Of a DNA stretch of 64,000 nucleotides, positions 16,574 through 24,024 are shown one piece after another. How positions within the stretch are numbered: the first letter of the stretch is position 1; each line of letters begins with the position of its first letter. Location: the NCBI GenBank assembly GCA_002011495.1, contig MTNR01000061.1:2131-66130 (forward strand). The letters run 5' to 3'. The translations under genes were made by a program, and so were the position numbers. The DNA comes from Dehalococcoides sp. JdFR-56 (GTDB lineage Bacteria; Chloroflexota; Dehalococcoidia; Dehalococcoidales; RBG-16-60-22). The notes beneath the pieces are model-generated. The model made no database searches, had not been told where the DNA came from, and worked only from the letters and a program-made list of their open reading frames with translations.

Positions 16574-16617
16574 CGTGAGCCCCATTCAGGTGCGCTACCA
16601 GGCTGCGCTACACCCCG
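16574..16617 (-). pseudogene. truncated tRNA-Pro(GGG)-like fragment (5' acceptor strand, D-arm and anticodon arm only)
   Basis: The minus strand reads CGGGGTG TA GCGC AGCCTGGTA GCGC A CCTGA ATGGGGC TCACG. The acceptor 5' strand and D-arm are identical to canonical bacterial tRNA-Pro. The anticodon loop is centred on GGG, and the anticodon stem has one mismatch. No T-arm (GGTTCNANTCC) and no 3' acceptor strand follows. Confidence 0.55.
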
Positions 16618-16832
16618 ACGCCCTCTTCGCCAATAACTAGCACAAATTCCCGAGCGCAACAAGCGAATTCCTCACCAATTTCTCTTCATAGCTATCTCCG
16701 AGTCTGCAAATCAGTCTCTTTTGGAACCACCCACGGCAGGACCAATTAAATTCAAAAACTTACAAAAGCACCTGCGGTCATCATCTGGCCGGGGAAGACC
16801 CTGCCAATGAACTGCAAAAGTTATCGGGGGTC

Positions 16833-16861
16833 TTGACAAATTTTGTTCGCGGTAGTAAACT
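16833..16861 (+). promoter_or_regulatory. sigma70-type promoter candidate for the IclR-family gene
   Basis: TTGACA (16833..16838), 17-nt spacer, TAAACT (16856..16861). About 70 nt upstream of the GTG start. Confidence 0.5.
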
Positions 16862-16931
16862 AACAGCACATCGTGCCGAAATAAGGAAATTAATTCCGTA
16901 TTGCGGAAAGATAGGTTCGGGAGGACACCTA

Positions 16932-17771
16932 GTGAAAGACAATAATCTCAACAAATCCTTACTTAAAGCAATGGCAGTGCTGAAGTGCTTTACCTTAGAC
17001 GATCTGGAATTGGGGCCATCGGAGATTGCTCACAAAGTCGAGATACCTTTGACCACAGCGCATCGTATCTTGGCGACTCTGACTAAAGGGGGACTGTTGG
17101 AGCAAGATGCAAAGAGCGGCAAGTATCGAATTGGCCCCACGTTATACGCTCTGGGCAGTTTATATTTGAGTACCACTGACATTTTCCAGGCGGCTGAGCC
17201 AGTGATCAAGGCGTTAAATGACCTAACCGGCGAGGCGGTTTGTACCGCCATCCTGTATCAAGGCAAGGTAGTGATGACCATGAAGGAGGAATCTAGGTAC
17301 GCCTTTAGAATCGCCAACCATGTAGGTTCGATTTTAGTTGCCTATGCCTCAGCGATGGGCAAAGCCTTGCTCAGCGAATTAAGCGAAGAGGAGCTTGACC
17401 GTATCCTTCCGGAGGAGAAACTGCCCCCGAGAACCAAGAACACGGTTCCAACCAAGACGGAATTGAAGCGAGAGCTGGAAGAAATAAGAAAGACTGGCGT
17501 TTCATATGACTTGGAAGGAAACTATGAAGGAGTCGTGGGTATTGCTTCAGTAATACGGGATGCCAGTGGCAAGGCGGTGGCGGCGGTGACCATTGGACTA
17601 CCAGCATTTAGGGCGGATGAGGCTACCCGGGAGCGGATAGCCACCTTAGTCAAGATGGGGGCAAGCCTGATCAGCTATCGGCTTGGCTATCAGGATACGG
17701 TTAATCCGGTTCGTGACATCGAGGAGATACGCTCCTGGTGGGAGCAGAACCAGGTGGCTCTTGGCCATTGA
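16932..17771 (+). CDS. IclR-family transcriptional regulator
   Basis: N-terminal wHTH (LKAMAVLKCF...LGPSEIAHKVEIPLTTAHRILATLTKGGLLEQD..GKYRIGP) plus a C-terminal effector domain. The start was moved to GTG at 16932, preceded by GGAGG 7 nt upstream. The ORF-track TTG start coincides with the -35 box. Confidence 0.85.
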   Translation: MKDNNLNKSLLKAMAVLKCFTLDDLELGPSEIAHKVEIPLTTAHRILATLTKGGLLEQDAKSGKYRIGPTLYALGSLYLSTTDIFQAAEPVIKALNDLTGEAVCTAILYQGKVVMTMKEESRYAFRIANHVGSILVAYASAMGKALLSELSEEELDRILPEEKLPPRTKNTVPTKTELKRELEEIRKTGVSYDLEGNYEGVVGIASVIRDASGKAVAAVTIGLPAFRADEATRERIATLVKMGASLISYRLGYQDTVNPVRDIEEIRSWWEQNQVALGH

Positions 17772-18081
17772 GGAGAGCCGCGAGATATCTCAGAGGAGAA
17801 TAGATTGAGGAGGAGAAGGTAACGAAGCGGGCTCTGCCAGGGGAGAGTCAGTGCAAATGGTGCTGGTGCCCCTCCCATGCGCAGCTTGACGCGAAATTGG
17901 GCAAGTGGCATCCCGCGTAAACCAGTAGAAAATATATGTTGGCATCGTGAAGCTGGGGAATGCCGGCGTTGAGGTACTGAAAGTTAAAAGTGGAATATTT
18001 AATGAGTAGATAGAGGGGGTGGTAGCTTTCAGCAGCATAGATTTTTACCGGCGAGACACCAAAATTTAGGAGGGAGAGAAG

Positions 18082-19251
18082 ATGAAACGAGGAAGGATGC
18101 TAGCGTCTCTGGTTATGGTAGTGGCATTGGGCATGGCGTTGGTCAGTGCTTGTGCCGCCCCGGCGCCGACTCCTGCTCCAGCTCCAGCGCCGGCCCCTGC
18201 CCCAGCGCCAGCTCCTGCCCCGGCTCCTGCTCCAGCTCCAGCGCCAGCCCCAGCACCGACCCCCACGCCAACACCGACACCAGCCCAGCCTCCGAAGGTG
18301 ATTACCTGGAAGGCGCAGTCTCACACTCCTTCTGGGAATCCCATGTATCAAGGGCTTGAGGAGACGGCCAACTTCATTGCCCAGGCCAGCGGTGGGCGTT
18401 TGATTATCGAGGTCAATCCGGCCGGCGCCCTCGTGGAGGCGACCAAGGAGTTTGACGGGGTGCATGGGGGCGTGATTCAGCTTGGCACCGGTGCCGCCAG
18501 TTACTGGCGGGACAAGTTCCCGGCGGCTGGTCTGTTCACCTTCACCGTTGGCGGCCTGAGCCCGATGGAGTCGCTTTACTGGTGGATGACCGGGGGAGGT
18601 AAAGAGCTGCTGCATCGTATGATTGCCGATTACGATGTAAAGGCGTTTGCCGGTGAGATTACCCCTCCAGAGATATTCCTGCAGTCCACGGTACCCTTGG
18701 AAACGCTGGATGACATCAAGGGGTTGAAGATTCGAACTGCTGGTGATGACGGGGAAATCTTCGCCCGCATGGGTGCCTCAGTGGTCTTCCTGCCAGCAGG
18801 AGAAATCTACGAATCCATGCAGCGAGGGGTAATTGATGCAGCTCAGTTGAGCACCCCGGCGCTGGACTGGTCCTTCGGTATGCAGGAGGTTGCTGATTAC
18901 CTCTACCTCTCCGGAGTCCGCCAGCCCGCAGACTGGAGCTTATTCTTTGTCAAGAAATCTGAGTTTGAGGCGCTGCCCGATGACCTAAAGCGGATTGTTG
19001 AGGCGGAGATGGAGGCGCTGACGCCGAGGTTTTACGGCTGGCTGATGACGAGGGACATCGAGGCAATGAAGAACTTCAAGGAGTACGGCACCAATATTGC
19101 CCCAGCCTCCAAGGAAATAGTCGATGAGCTGGTAAGGCAAGCTAGGATCTTCTACGAAGAGAAGGCTGCTGAAGACCCCTTCTTTGCCGAGGTGATCCAC
19201 TCCATCTGGGATTTCCAGAAGCTCTATCGGGAGACCTGGGAGCGTCTCTAG
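18082..19251 (+). CDS. TRAP transporter substrate-binding lipoprotein (DctP type) with a 42-residue X-Pro linker
   Basis: AGGAGGGAGAGAAG precedes the ATG. Signal peptide with lipobox LVSAC. (AP/TP)21 linker. The mature domain begins ITWKAQSH..., typical of the DctP-type (COG4663-like) receptors. It is followed by DctQ/DctM genes. Confidence 0.85.
   Translation: MKRGRMLASLVMVVALGMALVSACAAPAPTPAPAPAPAPAPAPAPAPAPAPAPAPAPAPTPTPTPTPAQPPKVITWKAQSHTPSGNPMYQGLEETANFIAQASGGRLIIEVNPAGALVEATKEFDGVHGGVIQLGTGAASYWRDKFPAAGLFTFTVGGLSPMESLYWWMTGGGKELLHRMIADYDVKAFAGEITPPEIFLQSTVPLETLDDIKGLKIRTAGDDGEIFARMGASVVFLPAGEIYESMQRGVIDAAQLSTPALDWSFGMQEVADYLYLSGVRQPADWSLFFVKKSEFEALPDDLKRIVEAEMEALTPRFYGWLMTRDIEAMKNFKEYGTNIAPASKEIVDELVRQARIFYEEKAAEDPFFAEVIHSIWDFQKLYRETWERL
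18157..18282 (+). repeat. in-frame (GCN-CCN / ACN-CCN)21 low-complexity tract encoding the (Ala/Thr-Pro) linker
   Basis: Codon-by-codon reading gives A26-P27 through T66-P67, 21 consecutive X-Pro dipeptides with mixed synonymous codons. Confidence 0.95.
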
Positions 19252-19261
19252 TTGCCACTCG

Positions 19262-19303
19262 GGGTCCCCTGCTCTAGCACAATATTGCCAGAGCAGGGGA
19301 CCC
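19262..19303 (+). terminator. strong stem-loop between dctP and dctQ (terminator, attenuator or mRNA-stabilising hairpin)
   Basis: Perfect 14-bp stem GGGTCCCCTGCTCT (19262..19275) / AGAGCAGGGGACCC (19290..19303) with a 14-nt loop, followed by TATTTAC. It begins 11 nt after the dctP stop. Confidence 0.6.
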
Positions 19304-19348
19304 TATTTACTAATCAGCAAAGTATGCTAAAATTCCGCTAAGGGCTCG

Positions 19349-19858
19349 ATGCGTAAGTTAGTAAGGATTATTGATTCCATCAGTGGTTACGCTGGCGGCT
19401 TCGCCAAGTGGCTGGCTTACCTCCTGGTTCTGGTGGTCGTCTATGACGTCCTGATGAGATACGTCTTCAACGCACCCCCAATGTGGGCTTATGATTCAGC
19501 GGTTATGCTCGGCGGCACCATCTACGTTCTGGCTTGGGCATATACCCATCGCTACCGTGGGCATGTGAGGGTTGATGTCATTTACACGCATCTTTCCCCC
19601 AGAACCAAGGCGATCATCGATGCTGCCGGTACCTTTTTTCTTCTCTTCCCGCTGCTGGGGATCCTGGTGCATGAATCTTTTGTCTGGCAGTGGCGAGCTT
19701 GGAAGATTGGCGAGAGATTCATGGAAACCTATTTCTATCCACCGGCAGCTCCATTCCGAACCATGGTTCTGCTGGGCTTCTGTTTGCTCTCCCTTCAGGC
19801 GGTGGCCCAGTTCATCCGCGATTTATACTTTTGCCTAAAGAACAAGCCTTATGATTGA
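19349..19858 (+). CDS. TRAP transporter small permease (DctQ type)
   Basis: 169 aa with four hydrophobic segments. It sits between the receptor and the large permease and overlaps dctM by 8 nt. Confidence 0.8.
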   Translation: MRKLVRIIDSISGYAGGFAKWLAYLLVLVVVYDVLMRYVFNAPPMWAYDSAVMLGGTIYVLAWAYTHRYRGHVRVDVIYTHLSPRTKAIIDAAGTFFLLFPLLGILVHESFVWQWRAWKIGERFMETYFYPPAAPFRTMVLLGFCLLSLQAVAQFIRDLYFCLKNKPYD

Positions 19859-21185
19859 ACTGAGTCCAGAGATTATCACTGTATTGATGCTGGGTGGGCT
19901 GCTGATAGGGGTGCTCACAGGTTTCCCCGTGGCCTTTGTCATCGGCGCCGTTGCCCTGCCCTTTGGCTTCTTGATATGGGGTGATACCGTCGCTCAGCTA
20001 CTCTACGGCCGCATTTTTATGATTGTCAAGAATTATATTCTTCTGGCCGTGCCGCTTTTTGTTTTTATGGGGCTGATGCTGGAGCGCTCAGGGATAACCG
20101 AAAAACTGTATGACGCTTTATATCTCTGGCTTGGCGGGTTCAGGGGTGGGCTGGCGATAACTACCGTGCTCATCGGCACCATCCTGGCGGCCTGCGTCGG
20201 CATCATTGCGGCCTCGGTTACCATGCTGTCCATCATCGCTGTGCCCCACATGGTAAAGCGTGGTTATAGCAAAAGCCTGGCCAGCGGTGCTACCTGTGCC
20301 GGGGGCACGCTGGGCATTCTCATCCCGCCCAGTGTGATGCTGGTTTTTTATGGGCCGATGGCTGAGATCTCAGTGGGGAAACTGTTCTTCGCCGCCTTTC
20401 CCGCGGGCCTTCTCCTCTCCACTTTGTATTGTGGCTACATCGCCCTGCACAGTTTAATCCAGCCGGAGGTCGCCCCCGCGGTGCCTATTGAAGAAAGGGC
20501 GGTTCCCTTCCTTAAGAAAACGGTCATGCTTCTCACCTCGCTGGTGCCGCCAGTAATCCTTATCCTAGCGGTGCTGGGTACCATCTTTTTTGGCATAGCA
20601 GCGCCCACTGAAGCCGCCGGCGTCGGCGCCTTCGTCGCCACGCTGCTGGCGCTTGCCTACCGCAAGCTTAACTGGCGAGTCCTCAAAGAGGTGGGGCGGG
20701 ATACGGTAAGGACCTGTGGCATGATATTTCTCTTTGTGGTCATGTCTGTCGCCTTCGTCGGCGTCTTTATTGGTGGTGGGGGTGGGAAGGTAGTCTCTGC
20801 CTTCATCCTGGCTAGCCCCTTTGGCAAGTGGGGCGCCTTTGCCGTTATCATGTTTATTACCTTTATCTTGGGGATGTTTATTGACTGGATGGGGATTGTC
20901 CTCATCATGGTTCCCATAATCACGCCCATCGCGGAAGCACTAGGCTTCCACGAGCTCTGGTTTGCCATGATGATCTGCGTTAACCTTCAGATGTCCTTCA
21001 TGACACCCCCCTACGCTCCGGCCATTTTCATTGCCCGTGGTGCCATTCCTCCGGACCTAGGGGTGACTACGGCTGACATAATCCGTGGGATAACCCCGTT
21101 TGTGTTGCTGGTGGTGGTTGCGCTTGGCTTGTTCGTCATCTTTCCAGAAATACTCCTTTGGCTACCGGCGCAAATGATAAAGTAG
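19851..21185 (+). CDS. TRAP transporter large permease (DctM type)
   Basis: 444 aa and polytopic. The size and context are typical of DctM. Confidence 0.85.
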   Translation: MIELSPEIITVLMLGGLLIGVLTGFPVAFVIGAVALPFGFLIWGDTVAQLLYGRIFMIVKNYILLAVPLFVFMGLMLERSGITEKLYDALYLWLGGFRGGLAITTVLIGTILAACVGIIAASVTMLSIIAVPHMVKRGYSKSLASGATCAGGTLGILIPPSVMLVFYGPMAEISVGKLFFAAFPAGLLLSTLYCGYIALHSLIQPEVAPAVPIEERAVPFLKKTVMLLTSLVPPVILILAVLGTIFFGIAAPTEAAGVGAFVATLLALAYRKLNWRVLKEVGRDTVRTCGMIFLFVVMSVAFVGVFIGGGGGKVVSAFILASPFGKWGAFAVIMFITFILGMFIDWMGIVLIMVPIITPIAEALGFHELWFAMMICVNLQMSFMTPPYAPAIFIARGAIPPDLGVTTADIIRGITPFVLLVVVALGLFVIFPEILLWLPAQMIK

Positions 21186-21215
21186 GGTCAACATAGAAAT
21201 CGGTAAACCTAAAGG

Positions 21216-22256
21216 ATGGAGGTAGTTTTGGCCAGTATGCAGGGGAAACTAGGCATCGCTGTTATCGGTCTGGGGAGAATCGGCGAAAGTCATCTTGATG
21301 GTCTCAGGCAGAATGGGGATAAAGCCTACATTGCCGCGGTGGTTGATATTGATGAGGCCAGGGCCAAGGCCAGCGCGGAGCGCTATCAAACGAAGTACTA
21401 CCTTAGCATTGATGAGGCACTCAATGACCCAAGTGTTCAGGCGGCGGTGGTCTGTCTTCCTCATCATCTTCACAAACCCGTTTCTATCCGGATCATGGAG
21501 GCTGGGCGGCATGTGCTCGTGGAGAAGCCCTGGGCGATAAGCTCAGCCGAGGGAAAGGAGATGCTGGCCAAGGCGCAGGAAAAGGGGGTAGTGCTCATGG
21601 CCGGGCAGTCCTTCCGTTTCATGTGGGCGATGTGGGAGGCAAAGCAACGAGTGATGAGGGGTGAGATTGGCGCGCCTTTCAATCTCCTTTACATCTTCGC
21701 TGCCCCCTTTACCAGGGATACCGCCCCACCATGGTGGCAAGATGAGGAAAAGACGGGAGGCATGGCCTTTACCATGTACGGAGCCCATACTATAGATTAT
21801 ACCCTGTGGATCTATGAGGGGAGAAAACCGGTGCGGGTCTACGCTGAGGCTCGCTCCATCAACCCTGACTTTGAGGGGATGGATGAGATCACCATCACCA
21901 TGCGCTTTGACGATGATTCAATGGCGACGAACATCCTCTCTGTGAACACCCGACCGACCAAGCACGAGTGTCTCATCGTGGGGCCCAAGGGAAGAATAGA
22001 CGTTATCCTGAGGGGTGGCCACGTTCCAGGGCAGTTGGTCGGGGTCTTCTCTGGGGACTTGCTGGTCAATGGCGAGCTAGTGGAGAGCGATTCGCCCAGG
22101 TTTCACCAGTTTGCCGCTCAGATGCGGGAGTTTATCTCCGCCATTTCGGAGCGGCGTGAACCAATTGTGCGCTATGCCGAGATGCTGACCCAGCTGAGTG
22201 TGATCGAGGCCGCCAAGAAATCAGCTGCCATCCATCAGCCGGTGGTTCTATCATGA
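21216..22256 (+). CDS. Gfo/Idh/MocA-family NAD(P)-dependent oxidoreductase
   Basis: N-terminal Rossmann motif IAVIGLGRIGESH and the family motif HVLVEKPWA. The start codon is uncertain (ATG 21216, TTG 21228 or ATG 21237). Confidence 0.8.
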   Translation: MEVVLASMQGKLGIAVIGLGRIGESHLDGLRQNGDKAYIAAVVDIDEARAKASAERYQTKYYLSIDEALNDPSVQAAVVCLPHHLHKPVSIRIMEAGRHVLVEKPWAISSAEGKEMLAKAQEKGVVLMAGQSFRFMWAMWEAKQRVMRGEIGAPFNLLYIFAAPFTRDTAPPWWQDEEKTGGMAFTMYGAHTIDYTLWIYEGRKPVRVYAEARSINPDFEGMDEITITMRFDDDSMATNILSVNTRPTKHECLIVGPKGRIDVILRGGHVPGQLVGVFSGDLLVNGELVESDSPRFHQFAAQMREFISAISERREPIVRYAEMLTQLSVIEAAKKSAAIHQPVVLS

Positions 22257-22272
22257 ATTTGAGGAGGTGTCC

Positions 22273-23292
22273 ATGAAGACTCGTTCCGCAGCGCTGGAGG
22301 GTATTAGGAAGGTAGGCTTGATCGAAAGGGATATTGAGCCAGCCCCAGACCAGATTCTGGTCAAGGCGCACTCAGCGTCAATCTGTCTGGCTGATATTCA
22401 GATGTACCGCCAGGGATATTATTTTTATGCCAAGCGCCACGAAAAACCAAACTTCCCCATGTTCATCGGGCACGAGAGCGGCGGCACGGTGGTCAGCGTC
22501 GGCTCTAGGGTTCATGAATACAAGGAGGGTGATAAGGTCATCCTCATGCATAGCCCCCGGACATCCGGGACAGTCACCCCCGGGGGAATGTCTGACTACT
22601 GGGTAGCCCACCCGCTTGATGTGGTTCCCGTCCCTGAGGGGATGGACATGGACCTGGCCTCATTGGCCGAGACAGTCTGTCCCTTCATCTTCGTCGTTTT
22701 TCGCTCTGGAATCAAGCTCGGCGATACCGTGGCCGTAACCGGCGCCAATTTCATTGGCCAGATCATCGCCCAAGGGTTAAAGAAGAGTGGCGCTCTATCC
22801 GTCACCGTCATTGACAACCGTGATTTTCGCTTGGAGATGGCAAAGAAGCTCGGCGCCGATAATGTCATCAACTCAGCCAAGGTCAATGCATATGAAGCGG
22901 CCATGGAGCTAACCAAGGGCAGAGGCTTTGACCTCGTCGCCCAGACCGCAGCCTATATTGACCCCACTGTTGAGGAGTACATGAACCTGGCCACGGAGAT
23001 CGTGCGGCCTATGGGGATTCTGGTCTTTCAGGGTGATTTCCTCCATCCGATAACGATACACAATTTCCAGCGTTGGCATCACGAGTCTCTAGACATCCGC
23101 AGCGTCGCCTTTCGGCATTATACGCCACAGGAAATTCAGGTCTGGGCTCCAGATTGCCTCAAGGTAATGCAGCACGAGCTGATACAGATAAGGCCGCTCA
23201 TCACCGCCACCTTCCCGCTGGAGAAGGTGGCTGATGCCTTCCGGCTAGCCGATGAGGACCCAGATCAGCTCAAGGTGGTGCTCAAACCCTAA
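22273..23292 (+). CDS. zinc-dependent alcohol/polyol dehydrogenase (MDR family)
   Basis: ASICLADIQ, GHESGGTVVSVG, and the nucleotide-binding VAVTGANFIGQI. The start was moved to ATG at 22273, with GAGGAGG 5 nt upstream. Confidence 0.8.
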   Translation: MKTRSAALEGIRKVGLIERDIEPAPDQILVKAHSASICLADIQMYRQGYYFYAKRHEKPNFPMFIGHESGGTVVSVGSRVHEYKEGDKVILMHSPRTSGTVTPGGMSDYWVAHPLDVVPVPEGMDMDLASLAETVCPFIFVVFRSGIKLGDTVAVTGANFIGQIIAQGLKKSGALSVTVIDNRDFRLEMAKKLGADNVINSAKVNAYEAAMELTKGRGFDLVAQTAAYIDPTVEEYMNLATEIVRPMGILVFQGDFLHPITIHNFQRWHHESLDIRSVAFRHYTPQEIQVWAPDCLKVMQHELIQIRPLITATFPLEKVADAFRLADEDPDQLKVVLKP

Positions 23293-23408
23293 GAGCTTTT
23301 ATCTACCTGGCCCGGGAAAGGCATTGGACAGAGCTAGGCCTATCGGCTTCGGCGGTGGGGACAAACGGGGTGTCAGGATGCTGAATTTACCGGTGTGCCG
23401 GGTTTGTG

Positions 23409-23804
23409 TTAGGCGAGCTTGACCTCTTTCCCGGACTGCCAGAGCCCGTGGATATTGCACAGGGCAGCCGCGTAGATGACGCCCGGCTTATTGACCTTTA
23501 ACCAGGCGGTCACCTCATGGCTAGTGTAGACTGGGCCCTGGTTTGGTCCCTGAGTGGACTCTCCGTGTGCTGAGAAGTCGAAGTGCCCCACCTGGTAGGT
23601 GAACTTCTCCCCCTCTGGCTGGAAGTAAAGGGAAATCCACCTGATATGATGCTCGGTGGTATTGGGATGGGCTATCTCCTTGCCTATGGTAACCTTCACC
23701 GGGAACGGTTCCCCGGATTTCACTTGGTCAGGGCATTCTATAACTGGGACGTGTTTCTCTGTCTTCCAATCAGCGGTCTGATAAAGCTCGCCGAACTCTT
23801 TCAT
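23409..23804 (-). CDS. sor: superoxide reductase (neelaredoxin-type, single domain)
   Basis: KHVPVIE, HPNTTEHHIRWI and CNIHGLW supply the His4-Cys iron ligand pattern of class II SOR. AGGAAGGAGG lies upstream of the ATG. Confidence 0.85.
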   Translation of the reverse strand: MKEFGELYQTADWKTEKHVPVIECPDQVKSGEPFPVKVTIGKEIAHPNTTEHHIRWISLYFQPEGEKFTYQVGHFDFSAHGESTQGPNQGPVYTSHEVTAWLKVNKPGVIYAAALCNIHGLWQSGKEVKLA

Positions 23805-24024
23805 TTCCTGCCTCCTTCCTTCAAGCTGGGTTCTTTACCCAACGGGACATCCTGAATAGCCATATTATCGGCAAAGCGAGCGGTCTCTGTCAAACGAGCG
23901 TGTGTTCCAGTCTTTTATCAGCCCCGCAGATATAGCGGGAGCCAGAATTTTCCAATGGGCTGTGCTTATGGTGCCGGTTGAGCTAGAATGTAGGGAGCGA
24001 ACTAGAGTAAGAGAGGTGAGGAAA

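Noticed and set aside
18066-18266. Minus-strand ORF encoding (GA)n
   Set aside because: It is the reverse complement of the Ala-Pro linker codons of the TRAP receptor. I also considered the repetitive DNA at 18157..18282 as a CRISPR-like or microsatellite repeat. The units are 6 nt, degenerate, in frame and have no spacers, so it is a coding low-complexity tract.
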